DNA of 64,000 nucleotides from a virus: the IMG/VR virus record IMGVR_UViG_3300042508_000665, positions 4,614 through 68,613 of that record, one strand, 5' to 3'. How positions within the stretch are numbered: position 1 is the first letter of the stretch; every line of letters begins with the position of its first letter. Positions 1-8,414 of this stretch are shown here, one piece after another. Below the pieces are notes generated by a model, which searched no databases, was not told the origin of the DNA, and saw only the letters and a list, made by a program, of their open reading frames with translations. Both the position numbers and the translations under genes were made by a program.

Positions 1-20
1 CCGGTTTGGGCTGATGCCAT
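1..20 (-). CDS. 5' end of a gene running off the left edge (MASAQT...)
   Basis: Minus-strand ATG at 20 preceded by a GGAGG SD (plus-strand cctcc at 25-29). Confidence 0.5.
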
Positions 21-43
21 AAAACCTCCACGATATTGTTAAA

Positions 44-463
44 TTAAAAACCTTTTTGGATTCGTCGAATGATATATTTGCGAAATTCTTTTACTTCTTC
101 GACGCGACTCCTACAGAGTGTATATGAGCTATCCCAGGCTAAATTATCTTTTTTTGCTGCATTTAGAATTATTTCTGCGCGACGGATGAGAGCACCCAAT
201 TGACCACCGACGAAAAAAAGTTCATCCGGAGTAAGAACAATTGCTTCCTCCCAAACCCGTCGACTCTGAATTGCTCGATATAATTCGTGTGATAAACTTT
301 GAATTTGAATGCTCATCATTAAAATTCCTTCAGACTTCGAAGAAAATTGTACGGGGTGCTGAGGAATGGCGAGCATTGCCTTTTCAATTTCAGCTGCCAA
401 AATACGAGATTTCGGTATGACTTTTTTTGGTTTTCTAGATTTGGTTTTATTAGCGCTTGTCAT
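44..463 (-). CDS. hypothetical protein, basic N-terminus
   Basis: 139-aa ORF; sigma28-like promoter upstream. Confidence 0.6.
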   Translation of the reverse strand: MTSANKTKSRKPKKVIPKSRILAAEIEKAMLAIPQHPVQFSSKSEGILMMSIQIQSLSHELYRAIQSRRVWEEAIVLTPDELFFVGGQLGALIRRAEIILNAAKKDNLAWDSSYTLCRSRVEEVKEFRKYIIRRIQKGF

Positions 464-551
464 CGTGAATTCCCCTGCGACTTCTTTGGACTGACTTCTG
501 CTGACAACGCGCCAATCAGAACTCGAACCCTATTCTTTAATCTTATATTCA

Positions 552-578
552 TATTCGCCGGACTTCAAACAAAACTTA
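552..578 (-). promoter_or_regulatory. sigma28(FliA)-like promoter TAAG-N15-GGCGAATA
   Basis: Fits TAA(A/G)-N15-GCCGATAA spacing; spacer related to those at 4788 and 8584. Confidence 0.5.
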
Positions 579-1024
579 ACATTCGGACGAACATAATTTA
601 ATAAATTATTCAAGCCGCGGACCAAATTTTGAGGGTTACGCTTATTAGATTAGTGATTTTACTTAAAAAAACGGGCTTTTACCGCGCAAGGATTAGTAAA
701 ATACTCAAGTTAAGAAAAATTCGTATTAGCTGTATGAGTGGGTATTAGATTACGAATTTTTCTAATGTCCAGTCGGAGGAGTGTACAAAATTGCACAACT
801 ACATTTCTAAATCTGAAAAATTTTCAAAAACAATGACTTACATAGTTCGAAAAAGATTGTTTTAAGAGCTATGCGTACGCAAGGGAAGTACAATTTTGAA
901 CGGCTGTAGATTTCGTAGGTGCTCGCGTAATTTATTGCAATTTAGCGGTGTTTAAGAAAAAGTCTTATTTTTCTGACACTCACCGTAACTGTAACTTTAA
1001 TTGAACTGACGGCGTTTCGCTCGA

Positions 1025-1032
1025 TATAAATA
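1025..1032 (+). promoter_or_regulatory. T4-type late promoter TATAAATA
   Basis: Exact gp55 consensus upstream of the 1106 structural gene. Confidence 0.7.
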
Positions 1033-1105
1033 AACTTAGCGCACTCTGAATAGAAAAGTTGCACTCTAAATATAAACTAAGAAAAGTATTTGAATAGAAA
1101 AAGTT

Positions 1106-1513
1106 ATGGCTAATGCAATGTACGCTAAGGGGCTTGAGGCGTTTTTGACCGGGCAAATCAACTGGGAAAATGACGCTATTAAAGCAGTCCTCATTGACTT
1201 TAATCTCTACACCCCGAATCTTAATACCCATCAATTCTTAAGCGATATTCCTTCTGGGGCGCGTGTGGCAATCTCCCCCGCCTTGACTGCAAAATCGGCA
1301 TTGAATGGCGTTGCAGATGCAGCTGACATCACTTTTCCTACCGTTTCCGGTGCTCAATCGGAAGCGGTAGCTCTTTTTAAAGATACGGGGAGTGATGTAA
1401 CATCTAGGCTGATTTGCCTGATTGATACTGCAACTGGTCTTCCGGTCACCCCAGGTGGAGGGGATATCTCTCTCGTATGGGATAATGGAATAAATAAAAT
1501 TTTCCGCCTGTAA
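1106..1513 (+). CDS. virion structural protein (minor tail/fibre-associated family)
   Basis: MANAMYxKG...IKAVLID...DAADITF...LPVTPGGGDI.L.WDNG pattern typical of small phage tail proteins; late promoter. Confidence 0.65.
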   Translation: MANAMYAKGLEAFLTGQINWENDAIKAVLIDFNLYTPNLNTHQFLSDIPSGARVAISPALTAKSALNGVADAADITFPTVSGAQSEAVALFKDTGSDVTSRLICLIDTATGLPVTPGGGDISLVWDNGINKIFRL

Positions 1514-1566
1514 GAAAATCTCGTAAAAATTAAATTTAAAGATTTTTCGATTTACCTCTCTAAAAA

Positions 1567-1574
1567 GGTAATGC
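1567..1574 (+). promoter_or_regulatory. GGTAATGC promoter-like motif
   Basis: One of about ten correctly oriented copies upstream of genes. Confidence 0.55.
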
Positions 1575-1637
1575 GCCGTAGTGCGCGATGCACATTATTA
1601 TCAAAAAAACTGATAAACCTTTTTCAAGAGGTAAAAT

Positions 1638-1829
1638 ATGAGCAAAAAAACTTCACCTTCTAAATCGGCAAAGAAAAGCACCACAACGAAGAAAGTTGAT
1701 CTGAAAGTTGTTCGCGGGACTGCCAAGTCGAGCAAAGCTGCTTTATCGACGCCAAAAAAACAAGCTGCTAAAAAAGTCGGGCTTTTAAGACGTTTTTGGG
1801 CTTTTTTGACTAAGCCTTTAGGTCGTTAA
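1638..1829 (+). CDS. small Lys/Ser/Ala-rich basic protein with amphipathic C-terminal helix
   Basis: GAGG SD; 63 aa; ends GLLRRFWAFLTKPLGR. Confidence 0.65.
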   Translation: MSKKTSPSKSAKKSTTTKKVDLKVVRGTAKSSKAALSTPKKQAAKKVGLLRRFWAFLTKPLGR

Positions 1830-1853
1830 TTATTGCTTTCGAGTGAGGTTGTT

Positions 1854-2195
1854 ATGAACAATATTATTAAAAATGATCTTTTGGGACGACTTACTCAAGC
1901 AGTTTCGACGCTTGAAATGGTTATTATTTCGTCGACAGAATCAATTAAAGCGAAGGGAAATTTTTCTAATGATGCCTTCGAGCGTTTAGATTCATACATG
2001 CAGATTGTAAATAGGCAGAAAAGAGAATTACCTTTATTAGCAATTCATATGGCTAATAACGACTTACAAAAGGTAGAAGCCTCATGCAAGCGCATAGCAG
2101 CTCTATCCAAATTAGTGCGAGATGATGCAAAAGAGTTCATGAGCGTTTTAATCGAGCCAGAAGCTAAGCATATTAGAGCTATCCTCGTTAACTAG
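1854..2195 (+). CDS. hypothetical helical protein
   Basis: GAGG SD before ATG 1854. Confidence 0.65.
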   Translation: MNNIIKNDLLGRLTQAVSTLEMVIISSTESIKAKGNFSNDAFERLDSYMQIVNRQKRELPLLAIHMANNDLQKVEASCKRIAALSKLVRDDAKEFMSVLIEPEAKHIRAILVN

Positions 2196-2217
2196 TCCCA
2201 AATAAATTCCTTTCCAC

Positions 2218-2264
2218 GCAAGTGTCCAATTCAGCAGCTACTGGCTGGTGAATTGGACACTTGC
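2218..2264. repeat. 16-bp perfect inverted repeat/hairpin
   Basis: gcaagtgtccaattca ... tgaattggacacttgc. Confidence 0.9.
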
Positions 2265-2271
2265 CTCTAGA

Positions 2272-2711
2272 TGGCACAAGAAAATTGTGCTATAATTTTT
2301 ATGTTTGATTGATTGTAAAAACAGTTTTTTTTTCTGTGCCATTTTTTGTGCCACTGAAAGGCACAAAAGGTCGAAAAAACGCAATCAATGCTAACACTCG
2401 GCAGCACTTGTTGAGTTGACAAAAAAAGAACTTAACTGTTCAGGATCGCAAAATATATTTGGTCAAACCGAGTCCTTACAGAGAAAGTTTGAAAATCGCC
2501 ATCTATTAGTGGCATTGGCTTAGAAGGCGTAAGCTCATTCTTAGCCATCATTTGTAAGGTGCTTAACTGACTTAATAAATTGAGCGAATAACTTTGTCAA
2601 CATTGCTTTGTGCCATTTTTGTGCCAAGTTTTTTGGCTCAGCAGCCGAGAATTTACCCTAAATGCGGAGATAAATGCTATGGGACAAATCCTCGTGCGTC
2701 AATCTGTGCCA
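2272..2711. mobile_element. putative attP: integrase arm-type repeats (TGTGCCA)
   Basis: TGTGCCA at 2335, 2347, 2609, 2620 and 2705, inverted at 2272, near-copies at 2286 and 2359; directly upstream of the integrase. Confidence 0.7.
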
Positions 2712-3770
2712 CAAAAGGCGGGAGACCGTTTGACCTTTAGGTACACCGCTCGAATTCGGCTAAAAGGGACAACTCGCTGTAAGACGTTTCGTACAGAAAC
2801 CCAAGCAAAAGACTGGATTGAAAAGGAAGAGGCCAAGATACGAAAGGAGTGGTCTGAGGGAAATCTCATACGAATTGTTTGTACAGTAAGGGATGCCGTG
2901 GCAAAGTATAAGGAGGAGTCTTTAGTAAATATATCAAACACTTGGGCGTGTACTCTAAGAAAGCTTAACGAGTATCTTGGGGATGTAAAATTAACAGAAC
3001 TGAGACAGTCCGATATTCTTATTGCCAGAGCTAAATATAAAAAAAGTCGGGTGCCACCTCTGACCCCATCAACTGTAAACAAATTTACAACTTGTCTTAG
3101 AAATGTTCTTAAAGTTGCTCGAAAATTTGAAATGATTTCTCATGATCCTTTTCGGGATTTTGAGCGTGAAAGTGAGAGAGCACATCAACGCAATCGTTTT
3201 CTGTTAGACGATGAGAGAGAACGATTATTTGCGGAAGCTAAAAAGTCACGAAACCCACATTTGTGGGTAATTATTAACTTTGCCATTATGACAGGATTTC
3301 GAAAAAATACCATTCGCTTCATGAAGTGGAGCCAGATTGATTTTAACGAAAACATCATTCACATAAAAAATCCCACCGTCAACGAGCAAGGTAAAAAGGG
3401 AAAGCCCAGAGCAACTAATGTGCCAATTGTCCCGACTCTTAAAACTATTTTGCTTGAACACTTTAAAAAATACGGCACAACTGAATTTGTGTTTCCTTCC
3501 AGCGACAATCCACAAGTTCCAACAAATTTTAGATCAGCTTGGGAAGTTGCTAGAAAAAATGCAAAATTAAAAGACTTTAAATTTCATGACTTGAGGGGAT
3601 CTGCTGGAACGTATTTGGGAATGATGAAAGTTCCTCTTCATATCATTCAGCAAATTTTAGGTCATTCAGACCCAAAAATGACAATGAAGTATGTGCAAAC
3701 CGTAGATGAGACTGTAAGAACTGAAATGACTCGTGTATTTGAAAAGATTTTTGCTATTCCCAAAACATAA
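2679..3770 (+). CDS. int: tyrosine recombinase/phage integrase
   Basis: Catalytic motifs TGFR, FHDLRGS, LGHS and T.KY; N-terminal arm-binding domain (KTFRTETQAKDW); GGAGA SD before ATG 2679. Confidence 0.92.
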   Translation: MGQILVRQSVPQKAGDRLTFRYTARIRLKGTTRCKTFRTETQAKDWIEKEEAKIRKEWSEGNLIRIVCTVRDAVAKYKEESLVNISNTWACTLRKLNEYLGDVKLTELRQSDILIARAKYKKSRVPPLTPSTVNKFTTCLRNVLKVARKFEMISHDPFRDFERESERAHQRNRFLLDDERERLFAEAKKSRNPHLWVIINFAIMTGFRKNTIRFMKWSQIDFNENIIHIKNPTVNEQGKKGKPRATNVPIVPTLKTILLEHFKKYGTTEFVFPSSDNPQVPTNFRSAWEVARKNAKLKDFKFHDLRGSAGTYLGMMKVPLHIIQQILGHSDPKMTMKYVQTVDETVRTEMTRVFEKIFAIPKT

Positions 3771-3854
3771 ATTCTAATGTGCGCCCATCTCTAGTAAAAG
3801 GGCACTTAGAGGGTAATTCCCTACTGGCAATATGATGTTTTATTATAAGAGGGT

Positions 3855-4100
3855 ATGTACCCTTGGAGGCTCTATACACCCATAAACAGCTTACCGGAGG
3901 CTCTATTCACCCCTAAACAGCTTGTAGAGCGTCATTCCTGGCTTAAGTTGGGCACTCTTCGTGAGATGCTCTTTAATCGCGACTATAACGGCTTGGCCGC
4001 CTCTGGAGCCGTTATAGTACTGACATCCCGCAAAATCCTCATAGACGAGGCTCTATTCGTTTCTTGGGTCAAATCCCATAGGGTAACTCCCCGAAAATAG
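3855..4100 (+). CDS. xis: excisionase/recombination directionality factor (MerR-like HTH)
   Basis: TPKQLVERHSWL..GTLREMLFNRDYNGL..SGAV....RKILIDEALF.SW, typical of island/prophage Xis-like proteins; adjacent to int. Confidence 0.7.
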   Translation: MYPWRLYTPINSLPEALFTPKQLVERHSWLKLGTLREMLFNRDYNGLAASGAVIVLTSRKILIDEALFVSWVKSHRVTPRK

Positions 4101-4156
4101 CCGAGTTGGTACTATAAAACCATAAATAGCTATCAAGAACTGTGTTTAGGATAGCT

Positions 4157-4444
4157 ATGGACACCAAAAAGTGCTCAATGTGTAAAGAAGACAAGCCGTT
4201 AGAGGCTTTTGGGCGTAACAGGAAGGGAGAAAAGGTAATTGTACGTTCAGCGTGTAAGGCTTGCACAAATGCAAAGAAAAAAGCACAGAGAGACGCTAAC
4301 CCACAGAAAGTAAAGGATATTCTACGACGTTCCTATCTTAAACATCGCAAAAAGAGACTTGAGTATGCTCGTCGGAAAAGAGCCGAAGCCTTACGCAGTA
4401 ACACTCAGGAACAATTAGTTAAAGTGGTTATCCCTTCCGAGTAA
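4157..4444 (+). CDS. C4 zinc-finger basic protein (HNH/endo VII-type N-terminal module, no nuclease domain)
   Basis: KKCSMCKEDKPLEAF...SACKAC followed by a Lys/Arg helix. Confidence 0.65.
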   Translation: MDTKKCSMCKEDKPLEAFGRNRKGEKVIVRSACKACTNAKKKAQRDANPQKVKDILRRSYLKHRKKRLEYARRKRAEALRSNTQEQLVKVVIPSE

Positions 4445-4482
4445 TGTTTCTCTAACACTCCCAAACGTGTTAGAACTATCTA

Positions 4483-4791
4483 ATGAAAAATCCCAATTTA
4501 GGAAAAATTTTAATAGAAAATGCGTGGGATAAAGGGTTTACCGGCATACTTGGACCAAGACCCAAAAAATACATTCTCCACGTTGAAGATAACAGTGTGT
4601 CATTTTCCATTCTTGAGCCAGACGATGAGCAACTCGTTCATCTATGTTGGAACTGCCTCCTACTTGATCGGGAATTTGTCGGCGCAATTGTGCAGGAAGC
4701 ACCAGAACCACATTTGCAAAATTTAGTGTGCTTGACTCTTGAACAAAAGGTCAACTATTTAGTCGACAAACTAAAAATTTCAACTATTTAG
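4483..4791 (+). CDS. hypothetical protein
   Basis: 102-aa ORF filling the gap between neighbours. Confidence 0.55.
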   Translation: MKNPNLGKILIENAWDKGFTGILGPRPKKYILHVEDNSVSFSILEPDDEQLVHLCWNCLLLDREFVGAIVQEAPEPHLQNLVCLTLEQKVNYLVDKLKISTI

Positions 4792-4814
4792 TTTTTTGTG
4801 TTTGAAGTCGAACT
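4788..4814 (+). promoter_or_regulatory. sigma28-like promoter TTAG-N15-GTCGAACT
   Basis: 15-nt spacing; shares TTGTGTTTGAAG with the 8584 site. Confidence 0.4.
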
Positions 4815-4857
4815 AATTATATGATGCAGTCTTTCTGTCATTTTTGTCAGGAGGAAA

Positions 4858-5160
4858 ATGTCTCAAACAAAAGTTTGTTATAAATGTAACAAAGAACAAC
4901 CGCTTACTGAGTTCTACAAGCGAAAGCAATTGCTCGATGGTTTTTCTACATATTGCAAAAAATGCTGGAAGATTCTTATCGAAAAACGAAAATCAGAAAT
5001 GTACGACCAGCAAGCCGAGTATCGCGAACAAAACAAAAACAAAAGAAAGCAATTGCGAGACAAATATTACGCAAAATATAGAGATAAAATACTAGCGCAT
5101 AAACGAAAGAAATATCAGGAAAGAAAAAAGGCCGCTAAAGCGGCCAAAAACCTCAAATAA
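4858..5160 (+). CDS. C4 zinc-finger basic protein, paralog of 4157..4444
   Basis: KVCYKCNKEQPLTEF...YCKKC; AGGAGG SD. Confidence 0.7.
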   Translation: MSQTKVCYKCNKEQPLTEFYKRKQLLDGFSTYCKKCWKILIEKRKSEMYDQQAEYREQNKNKRKQLRDKYYAKYRDKILAHKRKKYQERKKAAKAAKNLK

Positions 5161-5189
5161 AACCTGACTTCAAAAAAACCCCGATTTAC

Positions 5190-5840
5190 TTATTTACTTT
5201 TTGATATTGATTTGATAAAATTATGATAAGCCTCAAAGCTAACCTTTTTTAGTTGCGCTGCTGGCGCAGCTTCAATTGCTTTTTTTGTTTCTTCGACAAT
5301 TTTTGATACCCACGTTCCTTCCGCTGATAGAACCCATTCTTTGTTTTCCATCACTGCTTGAACGAAAGCATCTGGTGCTGAAGGAGTCATCACCACATCT
5401 CCCGCCGTAACGAGGATAAATGGAGTTCCTACTTCTTCATAGCCTTCATTGGTAAGAGAGACCTTACCGACGGCACGTGTCGAAACACCGAATTGAACAC
5501 CTCCTTTAAGAAGTCCCTTAACTACATTACCCATTGGCGTATCAAGCACCAATGCTCTTCCCATGTAATTATTCCCCTCTCTAGTAAGAGAAATAATACG
5601 ATGTGAAATTCTATCGATGTTTAAATTTGGGTTGGTCGGGTGGTCAGCTTCACCCACTGCTTTTCCGGTGTTAACTTGATTTTGAATATATTCTTCTATA
5701 ATTGGGGAAATCTTTTCCGCTGGATAAAAACGATTATTACGGTTTATGGTATTCATTTGAATAAACACACCTTCGAAGAATATTTTATTCTCTTCTTCTT
5801 GGCGTTTGATTTCAAAATTGGCTTCTTGTAGTAATTTCAT
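5190..5840 (-). CDS. gp21: prohead core protease
   Basis: FEGVFIQ...NRNNRFYP, GEADHP, SHRI, GVSTRAVG, DVV..PSAPDAFV. Confidence 0.95.
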   Translation of the reverse strand: MKLLQEANFEIKRQEEENKIFFEGVFIQMNTINRNNRFYPAEKISPIIEEYIQNQVNTGKAVGEADHPTNPNLNIDRISHRIISLTREGNNYMGRALVLDTPMGNVVKGLLKGGVQFGVSTRAVGKVSLTNEGYEEVGTPFILVTAGDVVMTPSAPDAFVQAVMENKEWVLSAEGTWVSKIVEETKKAIEAAPAAQLKKVSFEAYHNFIKSISKSK

Positions 5841-5868
5841 CTTTATTTGTTAATAAACGTTTCAATTC

Positions 5869-5907
5869 TATTTATTGTGCGTATCAAGCGTTCAGCCCCG
5901 ATAAATA
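5869..5907. promoter_or_regulatory. divergent pair of late promoters (ATAAATA)
   Basis: 5869-5875 (-) for gp21; 5901-5907 (+) for the 5914 ORF. Confidence 0.65.
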
Positions 5908-5913
5908 GAGTTC

Positions 5914-6744
5914 ATGTCGAAACGCAAAATGTCTATTGAAATAAGAGATGTATCTCCTGGAGCTGGGGCGGTGCGTTTAACGGGCAATAGAGCAGGAGGC
6001 GGTTCTGAAGGATTTCATACTGGTGGAGCGTGGCTATATCAAAATAAAGTGTGGAAACCCTTAGACGGCAGACCATACGGTAATGCTGATTTTCACATCG
6101 AGACTGAGGAAGAGGCATGCTTAACAGCCTTACAGGGAAAGCTTCTTTTTCCTAAAAATTGGGAAATTAAAGAAGTAAATTCTCGCAGGTTTCTTGTGCG
6201 TGATCTTGTTCCGACTTTTCCAAATGGAAGTTTACGTCTTTCTCTAAATGACATTTATGAAATAGAGAAAGGTTTAATCGAAATGAATCGTTTAAAATGG
6301 GAAGTAAATGACGATTTAGTTATCGGTAAAGATAGAAGCAATCGGCTGTTTATAGTGGATCTTTCAGCTGCTCAATATACTACTGGTTCCGGCGCTCAGG
6401 CAGCAGACGATTCTTTACATTTCAATAAATTATGCGAACAAGCCGGTTTTCGTGAAATACCAGCATTAAAAGCAGCAGCGAGGGAGCTTTCAGTGCAGGT
6501 TACGTTTAATCGAAATTTCAAAGAAACTGGTATTAATCGCCGAGATATTAAATATTTTTACAGTTCGGAAAGCAAGGTAGACATAAAAAATACTGTTGAT
6601 TTGACGTATTTAATCTCATCAATACCACCAAAAGATCGACAAGTAGCCAGTAAATACTTTTGGATTGGGTCGACAAAGCCATTATCAAACCAAGACATTC
6701 GAGTGCATAAGATGCATTTACGTCACTTTCGTAGAGGAACCTAG
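5914..6744 (+). CDS. hypothetical protein, possible degenerate protein-kinase-like fold
   Basis: Gly-rich loop, VWK, ETEEE helix, NDDLVIG and FIVDLSAA in kinase-motif order. Confidence 0.45.
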   Translation: MSKRKMSIEIRDVSPGAGAVRLTGNRAGGGSEGFHTGGAWLYQNKVWKPLDGRPYGNADFHIETEEEACLTALQGKLLFPKNWEIKEVNSRRFLVRDLVPTFPNGSLRLSLNDIYEIEKGLIEMNRLKWEVNDDLVIGKDRSNRLFIVDLSAAQYTTGSGAQAADDSLHFNKLCEQAGFREIPALKAAARELSVQVTFNRNFKETGINRRDIKYFYSSESKVDIKNTVDLTYLISSIPPKDRQVASKYFWIGSTKPLSNQDIRVHKMHLRHFRRGT

Positions 6745-8414
6745 TCATCTTCGGATGTGCTAGGAGGTGTTTTGGAGTCTGGTGTGGGTTCGTTGGTGCC
6801 TGTCTGTGGTTGTTCATTAACCGGAGCACCTGTAAGGGGATCGATGGCGAGTCCAGTTGCCGGATCAAACATACTAGCTTGCTGCATCTGCTGAGCTGCT
6901 ATCTCCTCTTGAATTTCACGCTGCATCTGCATTTGCTCAGCATCGGTCATTTTAAATATGCGCTCACGAATCCATTTATCTGAAACATATTTCCCAACGA
7001 AAGGTTGTGCTTCCGCTGCTAATCCGATTCGGCTAGTATATACGCTCGCTTCAGACATTTCAGAATAGTAATTATCTGTTGAGAACTTATATTTCCAATT
7101 GCTTCGGAGATAAAACATATCTTGCTCATTTTGCACGATACCCTTTAAGCGAAGTTGCGTTAATAAAAGCACATCAAACAACTTAGAGAATTGCTTACGA
7201 AGTCTAAAAATCATCCTAGCGAATTGTCGCTCGTCTCTTGAAATCGCTCCAGCATTTCCAAAAAGAGCCATAGCATTCTGTTCTAGTCGAGAAGATGGAA
7301 CGTTTAATGCTCGCAAAAGCTGTTTATTAAAATAATCAATAGTTGACGTGTCATCAAAACCAGATCCACCCGGAATCGCATCAACTTGCACCGACTCGCC
7401 TGAGCTTGGTACCGGAATAAAAATATCATCAATAATAGACATTACCTTTCGCTCATCAACGACGTCTCCGGAAATGGCATCGAATGCCGTTTTGGTGCGA
7501 TATTGAGCGACGATTTGATCAAGGTAGTGACTTACCTGCTTTTCGGGCATTTGGCCTGTAGGAATACGCCACACTCTCCTCTCTGGAGCACGAGCAACTT
7601 TATAAATTAAAGTTGCATTCTCCATTGACTTTAATTGCGACATCGGGCGAATTGCTTTATGGAGAGGCGAGAGGATAACTGAACTTGTTGAATCAAATAT
7701 TCCTGAATGGATAAACGCTATAGAATCCTTGGTAAGTTTTACTCCGTTGACAATTGGATTTTTTCCAACTGGTACTACTGCGGTACCATTATAATCTATT
7801 CCAAATGGCGCATAAACAAAATATTCTGAAACAATAATAGTGTACTCCACTTGCGTGATAGGATCGATGTGTTTATCTGTTTCAATAAATTTACGAATTT
7901 GTCGAGGGTCAATGTAGCGCAATTCTTTTATTCCCTCTCTGTTATCAGAATGGGGTAAAATTTGATAAAATAAACGACCATCAATATAGAAATTACGAAA
8001 AATATTGTAAGATTCGTTCTGCCAACTTAAGAGGTCTAAAATATTTTCAAATTCGGCATTGATTAACTCTTTTGCGTCGTCTGTTATTTGCTCGCACTCG
8101 GTTAAGTCCAGCTGAACCGATGCAACTTCACCATCCTCAACTATTGCCTCATTAGTAATTTCATTAATAGCCCAATCGACAAGTGGGTGAATGCTCATAT
8201 CACGATATCTTGTGATAAGCTGGTGCTCTGTCAATTGTGCATCTATTTTTGATTGTGCATTACCCAGATAGCCAAATGAATTTGGAGCACCAATAACTAC
8301 CGAACCATCATTGGGGTTTGGTGGTACTGGAGATGGCATTTTAGGCTCAGAGTCTTTGCGAAAAGCAAAACCAAAAAGTCGCTGTAATGATAGAAATCGA
8401 TTCTGTTGCGCCAT
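6741..8414 (-). CDS. gp20: portal vertex protein
   Basis: LITRYRDMS.HP, FYIDGRL, IKELRYIDPR, LHKAI, RAPERRV, ALNVPSSRL. Confidence 0.96.
   Translation of the reverse strand: MAQQNRFLSLQRLFGFAFRKDSEPKMPSPVPPNPNDGSVVIGAPNSFGYLGNAQSKIDAQLTEHQLITRYRDMSIHPLVDWAINEITNEAIVEDGEVASVQLDLTECEQITDDAKELINAEFENILDLLSWQNESYNIFRNFYIDGRLFYQILPHSDNREGIKELRYIDPRQIRKFIETDKHIDPITQVEYTIIVSEYFVYAPFGIDYNGTAVVPVGKNPIVNGVKLTKDSIAFIHSGIFDSTSSVILSPLHKAIRPMSQLKSMENATLIYKVARAPERRVWRIPTGQMPEKQVSHYLDQIVAQYRTKTAFDAISGDVVDERKVMSIIDDIFIPVPSSGESVQVDAIPGGSGFDDTSTIDYFNKQLLRALNVPSSRLEQNAMALFGNAGAISRDERQFARMIFRLRKQFSKLFDVLLLTQLRLKGIVQNEQDMFYLRSNWKYKFSTDNYYSEMSEASVYTSRIGLAAEAQPFVGKYVSDKWIRERIFKMTDAEQMQMQREIQEEIAAQQMQQASMFDPATGLAIDPLTGAPVNEQPQTGTNEPTPDSKTPPSTSEDD

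Noticed and set aside
506-530. tRNA-like T-loop/acceptor fragment on the minus strand
   Set aside because: The T-stem is mispaired and no anticodon or D arm is adjacent; not called a tRNA gene.
859-874. GTTTTAAGAGCTATGC resembles the start of a type II-A CRISPR repeat
   Set aside because: Single short copy with no rest of the repeat, spacers or cas genes; probably chance.
2272-2626. TGGCAC as sigma54 -24 boxes
   Set aside because: No exact TTGC -12 at the correct spacing; the tandem layout fits arm sites better.
2610-2678. GTG start for the integrase
   Set aside because: It lies within the arm repeats; ATG 2679 has an SD.
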